Assembly (NCBI GenBank): GCA_964016885.1
Contig: OZ024757.1
Span: 27,156,001-27,220,000, forward strand
Origin: Eledone cirrhosa
Taxonomy: Eukaryota
Reading direction: 5' to 3'
DNA: 64,000 nucleotides
Part shown: piece by piece, positions 25,318-39,496 of the stretch
Position numbering within the stretch: the stretch's first letter is position 1
Layout of the letters: the number at the start of each line of letters is the position of its first letter
Program-made: the position numbers and the translations under genes
Notes under the pieces: generated by a model
Told to the model about the DNA's origin: nothing
The model's input: only the letters and a program-made list of their open reading frames with translations
The model's database searches: none

Positions 25318-26741
25318 GAACCATTCTATCTAATGTCCTAACGACTTTGCCAATTAGCAACCTATAGCAAAAGTGTATAAAATTATTAAAACTAAATGAA
25401 ACAAATTTAATATGTATCTAGTGCTGTTGTTTAGCTCCAGATCTGTTCTGATGGAATAGACCCCGTGTTTAGAGGCAGTCCATCCATGACACTTCCTCCA
25501 CCTTTATGCTGAACTTTGCCTTTCATCCTTACGGTGTCGATAAAATAAAGTACCAGTAATACACTGGAGTAATTGCTGGCCTTGTGCCCAAAGTAGAAAC
25601 AATTATAGTTGTTTATTGTTGTTGTTATAAGTGTACTATAGTCATTGTTGTTGTTAATATATTTGTTATAGATGCTGTTATTGTTGCTACATATGTTGTT
25701 GTTATAGTTGCTGGTGATGTTATAGATCTTATATATGTTGTTTTGTTGTTGTTATATTTGCTGTTGATGTTGTTGATGTTGTTGTTGCTGTTGTTGTTGC
25801 TGTTGTTGTTGTTGTTATAGTTGTTGTTGTTGTCATTACAGATGTTGTTGTTATAGTTATAGTTGTTGTTGTCATTACAGATGTTGTTGTTGTTGTTATC
25901 TTGTTTTTTCTTCTTGTTTTATTACACAAAGTAAATATATTTATTTATAGACACACCACAGCAAGTACGCAATTTAGAGGTGTATATATTACATATGTAG
26001 TTGTTGTTATAGATGTGGTATTGATGGTGATGGTGATGGTGGTGGTGTTATGGTGGTGATGGTGGTGTGATGGTGGTGATGGTGGTGTGATGGTGATGGT
26101 AGTGGTGGTGTTAGGGTGTTATGATAGTGGTGGTGGTGTTATGGTGGTGATGATGGTGTGATGGTGGTGTGATGGTGGTGGTGGTGGTGTTATGGTGTGA
26201 TGGTGGTGGTGGTGGTGTTAAGGTGTTATGATGGTGGTGGTGGTGTGATGGTGGTGGTGGTGGTGTTATGGTGGTGTTATGATGGTGGTGGTGGTGTTAT
26301 GGTGGTGGTGGAGGTGGTGTTATGGTAATGGTGGTTGGTGCTGGTGCTATGCTGGTGGTGTTGTGGTAATGGTGATGCTGGTGCTATGGTGGTGGTGGTG
26401 GTGGTTGTTGTGTTATGGTGATGGTGGTGGTGGTTATGGTGATGGTAGTTGTGGTGTAATGGTGATGGTGTTGGTGGTAAGTCCTCCTTCTACAAATACA
26501 CACCCACCCATTCAAGCATGCATGCATACACAGACACACACACATACACAAACAAACACATATATACACACACAGAATGTAGTTAACATAGGGTGTGTGT
26601 GTGAAAATAGTGCTAGTGATGTGTGAATGGTGTATGTGTCTATGTGTGTATTTGTGTGTGAATGGTGTTTGTAAAGTGTGTGTATGGCTGATGTGAATGG
26701 TGTGAATGGTGTGAGTGTGTGTTTGAATGGTGTGTATATAT

Positions 26742-27074
26742 CACCATCATTTCATTTTACGTCCGCTTTTCCCTGCTTGCAAGGGTGGGACGGGAACTGA
26801 TTCTGGCTTGATTTCTACAGCAGGATGCCCTTCCTAACACCAACCTCATTTACAGTGAGTGCTGGGTGCTTTTTTGCCGTAGCACCTCCACGACCACTTT
26901 GCAGTGGAATGATATGGACCCCAGTCCCTATCATCTCATTTCTACAGCTGAGTAAACTGGAGCAATGTGAAATAAAGTGTCTTGCTCAAGGAAACAACAC
27001 ATCACCCGGTCTGAGAATTGAACTCACAACCTTTCGATTGCAAGGCCAATGCTCTAACCACTAAGCCATGTGCC
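26742..27074 (-). mobile_element. Meta-like SINE
   Basis: Near-identical to the reverse complement of 55395-55730. Confidence 0.8.
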
Positions 27075-27097
27075 TATATATATATATATATATATAT

Positions 27098-27293
27098 AAC
27101 GAAGGAAATGTGGTAAGGAGCCAGGTGGACCATAACGCACCAAAGTACTCAATACTTAGGGTAGTAGAGTGGGTAATAGGAACGAGTAGGACCCCGACGG
27201 CTAAGCTCAAGCCGTTTCGACGGCTAATTCTGGACTCAGAATTAGCCGTCGAAACGGCTTGAGCTTAGCCGTCGGGGTCCTACTCGTTCCTAT
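27098..27293 (-). mobile_element. Short hairpin-headed element (fold-back half-hammerhead plus ~80-nt tail)
   Basis: Perfect 57-bp inverted repeat (27176-27232/27237-27293). Conserved tail tacccactctactaccctaagtattgagtac...ccttcgtta. Embedded in (TA)n. Confidence 0.7.
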
Positions 27294-27392
27294 ATATATA
27301 TATATATATATATATGCCTGTGTGTATCTGGAATGTGTGTGTGCATGTAGGTGCATATGTTAATGTTTGTGTTTGAATGGGTGTCTATGAGA

Positions 27393-27452
<60 letters not shown>

Positions 27453-27562
27453 TAATAATGTCTGTGTTTAAATGGTATGTAAAATGTATGTGTGTATGTA
27501 TGTGAACAGTGTATATGTATGTATATACATATATACATATGTGTGTGTGTATGTGAACAGTG

Positions 27563-27597
<35 letters not shown>

Positions 27598-27713
27598 GTG
27601 TGTGTTTGTTAATGTTTGTATTTGAATGGTATGTGTGTAAGAAGTATATGTATGTATGTGAGTGTGTGTGCATATACATATACACACATATATATATATA
27701 TATATATACATAT

Positions 27714-27751
<38 letters not shown>

Positions 27752-27755
<4 letters not shown>

Positions 27756-28095
27756 GAGAATGCTGAGGATGGCTCTGAACATTAATCAGTATACACTGAG
27801 GATGAAAAACTCAGAGCTGTATGGGAGCATCCCAAAAGTCAGCTCAAAAGTGACACAGAGGAGACTGAGGTTGGCTGGACATGCTCACCGACATCCAGAG
27901 TTGACATTGCACTCAGTGCTCCTTTGGGAGCCCCTACATGGACACACTAGAAGAGGAAGACCAAGGTTAACATATGTTGATGCCCTAAGGTCAGACACTG
28001 GTCTGTTGGAGATGCAGGATATGGCAGCGATAATGAGGGACAGAGACCGCTGGAGAGAACTCGTCCATGGATCTCGGGAATTTTACCCGCCTTAG
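27752..28095 (+). mobile_element. RTE-clade LINE 3' fragment (family A)
   Basis: [10 protein letters not shown]...QRRLRLAGHAHRH...RRGRPRLTYVD...RDRDRWRELV, followed by a (TAGA)n tail. Confidence 0.85.
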
Positions 28096-28736
28096 ATAGA
28101 TAGATAGATATATATACATACATATATATATGTGAGAGACTAGTCAATTATACATGCAGCTAACTGCTAATTTAACTACTGCTGCTGTTGATGCTGTCGC
28201 TGTGTAGATTGCCACAATCTATAGAAGAATCCTATGTATCTATGGGTGTTGGTCACTATTGGCTGCATAACCACACATCTTAACAACAATTAACTGCATC
28301 ACACCTCTTTCTCTCTCTCTTCCTCTCTGTCAACAATCCCCCTCTCTCTATCTCATTCCTCTATCTCTCCTCACTCTCTTGTTAACAAAACAATAACAAA
28401 ATGTTTAAATAAATACATAAATAAAACCAGTTTAATTTGTTAATATCAACCTTTTTTTGTGACCATATTTCTGAAGAAATACACAGCTGGTTTTTTAATT
28501 AATTTTCAAATAATTTGACAGGATTTAATAAAATACCTGACATATTCATTACAGGTACACACCATTAATTTTCCGGTCGCTGATGAGCAGATAACTCTTT
28601 TAACCTTTTTTTATATGAATCTGTATGAAACCGCCTCTACTTTTACAATACAATACTAAACTGTTTGTTTTAAAGAGTTTATATTTTTCTAACAAAACGT
28701 TTGTTTAAGTTATATTTCAAACACCATCTTAATAAT

Positions 28737-28901
28737 TGTTTCTACTTTTGGCACAAGGCCAGAAATTACCCCAGTGTATTACTGGTACTTTATTTTATCG
28801 ACCCCGTAAGGATGAAACACAAACTTAACCTTGGCGGGATTTGATAACTCTATGCTGCAAAGCATGGCGTTTGACCCTCTATCGATACTGCCAATCCCCC
28901 G
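28737..28901 (-). mobile_element. Nin-like SINE; 13-bp TSD
   Basis: Same family. TSD ccatcttaataat at 28724 and 28902. Confidence 0.8.
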
Positions 28902-28977
28902 CCATCTTAATAATGGTATCTGATTTAGGCATAAAAGCCAACCATTTGGGAAGGTGTGGGTGGGTGGGGGGTGGCAG

Positions 28978-29190
28978 AGATAACCCTCTTTCCATTCAAG
29001 AGGTAAATCTGTAAACTGGGATGCCATGTCCTGTGACATATACTCCGCCTCCAGCCTTCGTGTTTTGACCACAAGCCCAGGCATTGCTGCCAGTAAAGTG
29101 GAGGAAAGGAAGATAACTAAATACCAGGCCTTGACAGAATGTTCTCGTTTTGTGCCGGTCACAGTCATGTCCTCCTTTGAGCCAATCCTT
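28978..29190 (+). mobile_element. Decayed restriction-like endonuclease domain of a CRE-like non-LTR retrotransposon
   Basis: Hand translation with one frameshift: ITLFPFK/RGKSVNWDAMSCDIYSASSL...GIAASKVEERKITKYQALTECSRFVPVTV. This resembles the TL-PW--GK---WD...AE--K--KY--L----F-P motif. Confidence 0.65.
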
Positions 29191-31695
29191 TGTTAAACAT
29201 GCATAACAGGCTGATACACAATAAAACAAATCTAAATACAAGTAAACAAAACTTCATTGTTCTTATTAATATATACACTCTGCCTGTGCATAGAGTGTTT
29301 GGCTTGGTACCAATACCAGTAATTCACTAAATTACTGACACTATGTATATATGTATCGACAGTCAATCGACAAGATCCAAGACCTCATTCGCTTAACGAG
29401 TGGGAATGGATCTCGTCAAATCGGACCAAGGAAAAAATGTTTCCATTGGTTTTTCCAATTGCTAATACTATCTACTGGTTGCAACTCCAGGTAGAAGGAG
29501 CAACATGAAAATAAAGTGTCTTGCTCAAGGACATAGCACATCGCCCGGTCCAGGAATCAAACTCACAACCTCACGACTCCAAATGCAATTCTCTAACTAC
29601 TCAGCCACACACCTTCACTATATATATATATATGTCCCAAGTGAATTCCTGATGGGTATCAGGAGGTTAAAAGAAGTACTCAATACGTTAGTAGATTTTA
29701 GGCATCTTTATCTTACATAGAAATGACCTCTACAAGACTAGAACTGTTTCATATGTCAAGCTAGACTCGTTAGATGACAATAGCTTGCTCGTAAGTTCCA
29801 TTTTAGCATGGTTTTTATGGTATGTGCAGGGTGCATTTTATCATGACATAGAACGCTATCACCATGCTGGGTGGACGGGGGGGTGGGGTGGGTATCATTA
29901 CACTAACACTACCACTTTACAAATGATGATATACAACGTGTGAGTGTGAACGTGAGTGTGTGAGTGTATGACAAGAGGGAGAGGGAGGGAGAGAGAGAGA
30001 GAGAGAGCAAAAGATTAAATGTATGTATATGTGTGTATGCATTTGTATGTGTATGTGAGAGGAAGGGAGACAGGAAAGGGAGGGGTGGTGTGTGTGTGTA
30101 TGTGTGTTATGGGGTGTTTGAGACAAAATGAAAGAGAGAAGGAGAATGGAGTAAGTATGAGTGTGTGTATGCATGCATGTATGTCCATGTGTGTGTAAGC
30201 TTAGAGAATAGGCATAAAGAAATAAGTGTGTGCCTACGTGTATGTACATGTGTGTGTGCGTGTGTGTGTGCGTGTGTGTGTGTGTGTGTAAGCTTAGAGA
30301 ACAGACATAAAGAAATATGTTTGAGTGTGTGCACATGTGTATGTATGTGTACGTAAACTTAAAGAATAGATGTAAAGAAATGTTATATATGTATGCGTGT
30401 GTTTGTGTCTTATGTGTATGAGTCTGTGACAGTCGCATGTGATTATGCAACCAGCCGTTACTGCTGCTGTGATGGTGCACTCACATGTTGACACTACAGA
30501 AGACTCGTTGTTGTGCAAGTGACCAACACAAATCCCGAATCAACATTTCAGACAAGTGTCCAATAAATTTTCCAACTCTGCATTCCATTACGACAGATTC
30601 TGAAATAATTTATTGGCAGGCTAATCTCGTTAGCTTACGAGATGTCCTAATTGCCTGAGACGAGTCTACTTGACACACTCAAGCTGGGATAATCAAACTG
30701 AAGCAACATGGGGGCAAGAAGACTCTTCGGCCATGTTAAGATCTAAGCGACATCTCTAGTGCTGGTGCCATGAGTAAATTCTGTCAAGTGGTAGTGCAGA
30801 TGCCATGATAAACAGCACCCAGTTCACTCTGTCAAGAGGTGCAGGTTCCATGATAAAATGTACCCAGTACAGGGAACACAGAGCTGGACTTTATCTATTA
30901 CCTAGTTTAACACGATCACCAGGCCTCTGGGAGGCCTTTAAAGGTGACCCTCCCCCCTATTTCAAGCATTTGGCCCAAGTCTCCAGTTTGAATATGCCTT
31001 CCTTCCATCACAAGAATCTTGGGGTGGGGTAAAGATACCTCTACAATTAATTCCCATTGTCCTAGAAGGAAAGAAATCAATGCAATATATATATATATAT
31101 ATATTTATATATGGCTGACTAATAATTGTTTCTACTTTTGGCACAAGACCAGCAATTACCCAGTGCATTACTGGTACTTTATTTTATCGACCCCGTAAGG
31201 ATGAAAGGTAAAGTAAACTTCGGCGGGATTTGAACTCAGAATGGCAAGGGCCGTAACTCGATGCGTCAAAGCATGGCATCCGACCCTCTACCGATACTGC
31301 CAATCCATCAATAGCATGCTTTCTTTTCCATCTACCCATTGTCCCCTTTTCTTTTATATTCTCAGTTGTCTCCCTTTTGGTTCTCTCTCTCTCAAACATG
31401 CTCACTTCTCTCTTTGTGTGTTCACACAACACACAATAACAAAATGGTGTAGGACAGAACAAAGGAGAGACATGCAAAATAAAAAACCAACCAATCAACT
31501 AGTCAACCAGAAACTTATAATACATTGAAGTGAAAACCAACAGGTGTATGTGTTTTTATTGGCAACATGACCCTCCCAAAGTATAATGATATCTGTTTCA
31601 ACACATGTTTTCAGATAAGAAATCCCGTAAAACAAATTCAAAAATGAAATATATATGTATATCATCATCATTTTACAGTGCTTTTCTATGCTTGC

Positions 31696-31751
<56 letters not shown>

Positions 31752-32337
31752 TTGCTATGTATTATTCACACAAACATAAACACACACATTAATTTATAGA
31801 CATTAAATGTATATATACAATACATTAAATCTTAGAGAGTATTTTTTTTATGTCAATCCGAGTGGAGATGAAATACTGGGGCTATAGAAAGTGGGGGTGG
31901 GGAACAACAACAACAACAATAAGCAAAAGCACTAACTAACTATAAACACCCAAAATATATCCAATAAGTTAAAACAAGACCAGCCAACCATGCCAACCCT
32001 GCCAGATGGCAATGAAGAAAACTACTGGAAACAACCAGCTTCTGACATTTTGGTAAAACTGCAAATAGGAAATATTGTTGGTAAGATCTACTGTGGTGGT
32101 GGTGGTGGTGGTGGAATGAAGTGGTGGCAAGGAGAGGAAAGGATATTATTGATGGAGTGAAGTGGGGGGATGGTGGTGGTGAAGTGCTGATGAGAGAGTA
32201 GTGGTGTTGGAGTCAAGACAGAGAGAGAGAAAGAGAGGGAGGACAAGTAAGAGACAAACAAGAGTGCAGTGAGTATGTATGGGGGGAGGGTATCCTAAAG
32301 AGGGGTAGGAGGAGATAGAACCCAATGATCTTGATAG

Positions 32338-32372
<35 letters not shown>

Positions 32373-33199
32373 GTGAAGAGAAGGTGGAAGAGGAAAGGGC
32401 AGGTTTATTGGGAAACAGATTGAGATGTAACAGTGAGACAACAACATCAATATCAACAATAATGATGATTTAATAATAGTAATAATCTCTCTCTCACACA
32501 CTCATGCACATACATGAACACACACACACAAACGCACATTCACACATACATATATGTACACACATAAACACACACACACATAAGCACAAACACTGACACA
32601 CACAAATACATACACTCACACACACCACACACACATAAAAACACATTCACACATACACATATGTACACACACAAACACACACATATGCACAAACACTCAC
32701 ACACACAAATACATACACTCACACACACCACACACACATAAAAACATTCACACATACATATATATACACACACACAAACACACACACATATGCACAAACA
32801 CTCACACACACAAATACATACACTCACACACACCACACACACATAAAAACACATTCACACATACATATATATACACACACACACACACACACATATGCAC
32901 AAACACTCACACACACAAATACATACACTCACACACACCACACACACATAAAAACACATTCACACATACATATATATACACACACAAACACACACACATA
33001 TGCACAAACACTCACACACACAAATACATACACTCACACACACCACACACACATAAAAACACATTCACACATACATATATGTACACACACAAACACACAT
33101 TGAGATATAACAGTCAGGCAACAACAACAACAACAACAACGATAGGTTCTCTCTCTCTCCCTCTCTCACATACACACACAGACACACATACACACACAG

Positions 33200-33234
<35 letters not shown>

Positions 33235-33683
33235 GTAACAGAATCAATTTTGCAATTGGCAAGTCTTACTAGAGTGGCATGTGTGTATATGCACATGTGT
33301 TTATGTGCATGGCTGTGTGTGTTTATATGTGCATGTGTGTGCTTGTATGTGTCTAAAATGTGCGTGTGTGTGTGTGTATGTATATGTGTGCATGTATGTG
33401 TCTAAAATGTATGTGTGTATGTATGTATGTATGTGCCTAAAATGTGAGTGTGTGTAAGTGTGCATGTATGTGCCTAAAATCTGTATGTATGTGTGTGTCT
33501 ATGACTGTGCGTGTGTATGAGTGTGGGTGTGTATATGTGTGAGCGTGTGTGTGTGTGTGTGTGTGTGCAAGAAATGGTTGAAACAAACATGAGTAAATAA
33601 GAGTTACGAAAACATCAACAAAAAACCTAAAATGGAAGCAGAACCATTAATAAAGGTAGTTGCCCTGTGTGTGTGTGTGTATG

Positions 33684-33747
<64 letters not shown>

Positions 33748-33871
33748 GCCACACGTGATTATGTGTTTATATTTACATAAGTTAAACTATTTGTATACAT
33801 GTATAGGTACATGGGAGGACCTGCCCAGGTGTGGGCTGGTGGGCATATGTGCACATTCACATACACACACG

Positions 33872-33925
<54 letters not shown>

Positions 33926-33993
33926 CATACATACATAAACATACACACATATATATACATAGACATATACATACTTATACATATGTATGTGTG

Positions 33994-34061
<68 letters not shown>

Positions 34062-34122
34062 CATATATAAACATGCACACATATATATATACATAGACAT
34101 ATACATACTTATACACAGACAT

Positions 34123-34178
<56 letters not shown>

Positions 34179-34844
34179 ACGCACATATATATATTTATAT
34201 ATATGTAAATAATATATTTATACATATGTATATATATTACCCATTCTTTCTCTCTCACTAGAAAACATGTAGTTGCTATCACTATCTCAATTCCATTACT
34301 CCCTTCCCCCATTCCACCCCACTATCAAACTCTCCCACCCACATCACAATATATTATCACCACTTTCACCCACTAACCCGAATTTTTCTTCTGTCATTGT
34401 CCGATCTTCCGTTCACCCTCTTCATCACATAGCTCTCAATGAACAGGAGCAGTACAGAGAGTAAGTACACTTTAGTCTTGTGACATACAAGTCAATCTCA
34501 TAAAGTTCTGCTACCATTACAAAAATGCACCCAGTACAATCTGTAAAGTTGTAGGAAAGGTATTCAGCCTCAGAAACTATGCAAAACAAAGGGTTGAAAT
34601 AAATTTCCAATTGTGTCAAAGACATCACAACCTCCCTACCTCTAGTACCATGACAAAATGCACCCAGTACTCTCTGTAAAGTTGTAGGAAAGGTATCGAG
34701 CCACAGAAACTATGCCAAACAAAGGGTTGAGATAACTTTTCAATTGTGTCAAAGATATGACAACCTCCCTACTGCTGGTACCATGACAAAATGCACACAG
34801 TACACTTTGTAAAGTTGTAGGAAAGTAATGTAATTGTTAAAGGG

Positions 34845-35362
34845 TTAACATTTTAGCATTTACATTATATATATATACTATTGTATTTTTGTGGTAAAGG
34901 TTTTACCTCACATAATTATCTCACATAATACTGAATCTATGAGATTTTGAGATCATTTATTTTGCAAATTATACCATAACCCTTTAGCATTTACATTATT
35001 CTATATTTACTATTGTATTTTCACAGTAAAAGCTTTATCTCACATAATATCAAAGCTATTTATTTTGAGAACAATACTTTAACATCAGTATGAGTGGCCA
35101 GTTATAGCTGGTTTGAACAGAAAGAGGTGAGAGAATTCAGGCCAGATATGGCCAGTTTGAATGCTAAAGGGTTAATGTTGGATGAGCAGCCGGTTACAGT
35201 CAGTTTGAACAGAAAGAGGTGAGAGAATTCTAGCCGAATATGGCTGGTTTGAATGCTAAAGGGTTAATGTTGGATGAGCAGCCAGTTACAGCCAGTTTGA
35301 ACAGAAAGAGGTGAGAGAATTCTGGCCAGATATGGCCGGTTTAAATGCTAAAAAAAGGGTTA
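34845..35362. mobile_element. Cluster of TTAA MITE copies with triplicated terminus
   Basis: Partial copy plus full copy, then a ~90-bp terminal segment ending gctaaagggttaa occurring three times. Confidence 0.65.
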
Positions 35363-36211
35363 AAACATTTGATGTTTCTGTAATGGCTGACTCTGCCAAT
35401 TCATCACCTTTAGTAGCGGCCTACATATATCTGATTGGTTGATCAGCAGGTCAAAAAGTGTAATTGTGCAATCATCAACAACACTTAACTAGCAATAACA
35501 ACAACTCTAATATTCAATTGGTTATCATCAACAGGTGGAAAGATATAGTAATTATATAATGATGACTAGGGCCAATCAACAACAATAAATGAAATAACAA
35601 CAACAACAACTACAATAGGTTGAAGCAGTAAGTGTCAGTGATTTCTGTAGTTACTGAATAAAAAGAATCTGATTTGGTATATTTGTAGTTTAAATTTCTG
35701 CATCAATGGATAAATATAATTAATCTAGTAAGACAATACACACACACATACATACATGTGTATACATATATACATACATATATACATACACACACATATA
35801 TATACATATATATACACATACACACACATATATACACACACACACACACACACATACTCATATATATATATACACACATACACATATATTCATATATATA
35901 TATACACATACACATATGTATATATATGTATATATATGTGTGTATATATATATATATGTATATGCATATATATATATATACACACATACACACATATGTG
36001 TGTGTGTGTGTGTATATGTGTGTATGTATGCACACTGGTATACAATCTAGCAGGATTTACTGTGGTAGCAAGCTGATAGGTTTACATGTAAAACTGGTGT
36101 AATCCACTAGATTAAATATTTACGTATGATAGTTCTAAAGCACACATGCACACGCAAACACACACATGCATATATATATATATACACTTATATATGTGTA
36201 TATATATATAT

Positions 36212-36280
36212 ATACAAGGTTTGTCCCAAAAGTAAAGGGACTGATTTTCCTATGTACCACATGGTAACACAGCACCTTGT

Positions 36281-36320
<40 letters not shown>

Positions 36321-36990
36321 AGGGCAGGTAAAATTCCTGAGATCCATGGACAAGTTCTCTCCAGCGGTCCCTGTCCTTCATCATCGCAACCATGTCCCAT
36401 GTCTCCAAGAGACCTGTGTCTCTCCTGAGGGCATCAACGTATGCCAACCTTGGTCTCCCTCTTCTAGTGTGTCCGTGTAGGGGCTCCCACAGGAGCGCTG
36501 AATGCAGTGACAACTCTGAATGTCAGTGAGCATGGCCAGCTAACCTCAGCGACATTCAGAGTTGACACATATTGGTTATGATCTTGGCTGCACGTACATA
36601 CTTGTTTCAATATGATCGACTGAGTCGGTCATGAGTTATTGCAGTTTATGCACAGACGTGTTTAGAACCTGTTATGTTTCTGATGAAGGAAAATATCGAA
36701 CAAATTTTGTATGAAACTCAATAAATCTGCTTTCAAAACTATTAATTAATTAACAATGATGCCACTCTATCGAGAAGAAAGGTTTTTAAATGACACAAAG
36801 TATTCGAAGAGGGCCGAGAAAATGTTCAAGACGAACCTCATTCAAGAAGGACAATCTCATCAACAAATGAACAAAATTTGAAAGTGGTGCAAGCAATGAT
36901 GGTAAAAGATCACTGATTAAGTGTTAGGATGATTGCAGAAGAAATGTTCTTGGATAAAAATTCAGTTCACAGAATTTTAACAGACCATGC
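36212..36990 (+). mobile_element. Mariner-family transposon relic (5' TIR region and transposase N-terminal HTH), interrupted by RTE
   Basis: TA-caaggtttgtcccaaaagtaaagggactga terminus. Frameshifted/stopped KFCMKLNKSA...VFK*HKVFEEGRENVQDEPHS...LSVRMIAEEMFLDKNSVHRILTDH. Confidence 0.75.
36319..36550 (-). mobile_element. RTE-clade LINE 3' fragment (family A) nested in a mariner relic
   Basis: LLWEPLHGHTRRGRPRLAYVDAL..., highly similar to 27752-28095. Confidence 0.85.
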
Positions 36991-37106
36991 ATTACACACC
37001 ACTGCAGTCTTCTTTCTTGCACACTACACACCCCTGCAGTCATCTGTTTTGCACACTGCACACCACTGCATCTTCTGTCCTGCATACTGCACACATCTTC
37101 AGTCTA

Positions 37107-37151
<45 letters not shown>

Positions 37152-37521
37152 GTAGAGTGAAAAGTGGTCCTATAGGTGTCACAGCAAAAAACACCCAGTA
37201 CTCACTGTAAATGAGGCTGGTGCTAGGAAGGGCATCCAGTTGTAGAAACCAAGTCAAAATCGGTTCTGTATGAGCATGACATGGTCACCTGACCTAACCT
37301 AGCATTGCCACATCAGGTTAATTTGCCTAACCCATGCCAGCATGGAAGAATGGACGTATGATGATGATATATATATATATATACACATATATTTTAAGTG
37401 GTAATGTGTTAAGTATTTCTGTAGAAAAGGTAAAGGAAAGGATAATATTCTATGTGTAGTACAGAGCTATTTAATTATATAATAAACAACACTGTAGTTT
37501 ATTATGTAATAAAAAAAAAAA

Positions 37522-37580
37522 TATAACTTTGATAGGTTTCGGCTAGTATTGGCCCAGGCCATGTCTAACTTAATAGCATC
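37522..37580 (-). mobile_element. 3' tail fragment of the same CR1/L2-group LINE
   Basis: Reverse complement matches gctattaagttagacatggcctgggccaatact at 39418-39450. Confidence 0.7.
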
Positions 37581-37626
37581 ATCATCATCATCATCATCAT
37601 ATATATATATATATATAATAAAACCC

Positions 37627-37814
37627 AAAAGAGTCAGGACCCCGACGGCTGAGCTCCGGCTGTTTCAACAGCTAGGTTCAGACCTAGCTGTTGAAACGGT
37701 CGGAGCTCAGCCGTCGGGGTCCTGACTCTTTTCTTATTACCCATTCTACTACCCAGCATCCAGTACTTTGGTGTGTTATGATCTAACTGATTACTTACCA
37801 CACTTCCTTCGTTA
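37627..37814 (+). mobile_element. Hairpin-headed element, same family
   Basis: Inverted repeat 37627-37732 plus the shared tail. A further fragment lies at 37828-37890. Confidence 0.7.
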
Positions 37815-38122
37815 TATATATATATATCAGTTCGGATCTAGCTATTGAAACGGCAGGAGCTCAGCCATTGGGGTCCCGAATTTTTCATATATATATTTTG
37901 TCATACATTTGGTGGGCCATGCAGCCAATAAAACCACACACACACACACATACACATACCAGTTGAGCATCACATTGGTTTTATTATTAGTCAAGTAATT
38001 AATCCATACTTCACTCTTAGTTTAGTAACCTGACGGTTATTGGCAGCATGGCCCTCCCAATGTATAGCAATATCTGCTTCAACATACATCAAGAATCTTG
38101 CACAGAAAATACAAAAACAAAG

Positions 38123-38164
<42 letters not shown>

Positions 38165-38295
38165 AGTTAGTTCCACAACAGTTAATAAACCATTTTCGAG
38201 GTGGTTTATTAACTGTTGTAGAACTATTTCTACTGAACTCGTGCCATTGACTGAGTACTCTACTACTGCAGATATAACCTCCCAGTGTTCTACTA

Positions 38296-38370
<75 letters not shown>

Positions 38371-38376
<6 letters not shown>

Positions 38377-39480
38377 AGTTGAAGGAGTCAAATCCAGCCC
38401 AGCCAAAGTCAGTAGTGGGGTCCCACAAGGCACTGTGTTGGGCCCACTTCTCTTCATCATCTATATTAATGACATCACTGACATCATCAAACACAGCAAC
38501 ATTAAAATTTTTGCTGATGATTCCAAGCTCCAAAAGGTCATCAATGGCGTGGATGACCGGATAAGCCTTCAGTCAGACCTACTGGCTGTTACCCAGTGGG
38601 CGGAAAAGAACAACATGTTACTGAACGAAGACAAATTCGAACTGATCCACTTTGGAAAAGAGGATGCTCTGAAACTCCTGTACTCCCTTCCCTCCGGGGA
38701 AACTCTCGTGGCATCTAACAACATCAGAGACTTGGGAGTAACCGTGGACAGCAACATAAGCTGGGCCACGCATATAAGCAGCAAAGTTGACATGGCCCGC
38801 AGAATGTGTTCCTGGATCCTCAGAACCTTCCAGTCGAGAGATTCCCACACCATTATCCTTCTCTTCTCTACTTTTGCCCGACCACACCTTGAATACTGTT
38901 GTCCACTGTGGTCTCCCCACACGAAACAAAGTATCATGAAACTTGAAGCTCCTCAAAGGGCAATCACGAAAAAGATAGATGGCATGTCAGACCTTGACTA
39001 CTGGGGTCGACTAGAAAACCTGAAACTTTACTCACTCCAACGTCGCCGTGAGCGTTATATTATCTGCATGATGTGGAAAATGTTCCATCATCACTGCCCA
39101 AATGATGTTGGCATCGCCTTCAAGATACACCCAAGGCTTGGGCCCCGTGCTATCCGTCCCATTCAAAAATCTAAATCGCAACTCATAACAACAATACGGC
39201 ACAATTATTTCACCTCAATCGGCCCTGCTCTCTTCAACATCACACCAGGACACGTCAAAACAGAAACTGACCACACAAAATTCAAGTCTTTGGACAAATT
39301 CCTCCAAGTAATCCCGGACAAACCACCCACACCCGGATATGTCTCCGCAAACAGTAATTCTCTTCTCGAATGGGCCATGGTGCCCAAATCCTGAATTGAA
39401 AGACTTCGCCAGGTGGTGCTATTAAGTTAGACATGGCCTGGGCCAATACTGGCCAAAACATTTCAAAGTTATTCAAAGTT
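38371..39480 (+). mobile_element. 5'-truncated CR1/L2-group LINE: RT C-terminal ORF (to 39394), 3'UTR and (TTCAAAGTTA)n tail
   Basis: SGVPQGTVLGPLLFIIYIND, IFADDSKL, DLGV, RPHLEYCCPLWSP, SLQRRRER. Open over ~340 codons. Both flanks are (TA)n. Confidence 0.92.
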
Positions 39481-39496
39481 ATATATATATATATAT

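Noticed and set aside
30614-30656. Possible microRNA hairpin
   Set aside because: The stem is too short and interrupted for a pre-miRNA.
36683-36710. CTGATGA...GAA as a possible hammerhead
   Set aside because: No stem I or II pairing, and it lies at the start of the mariner transposase relic.
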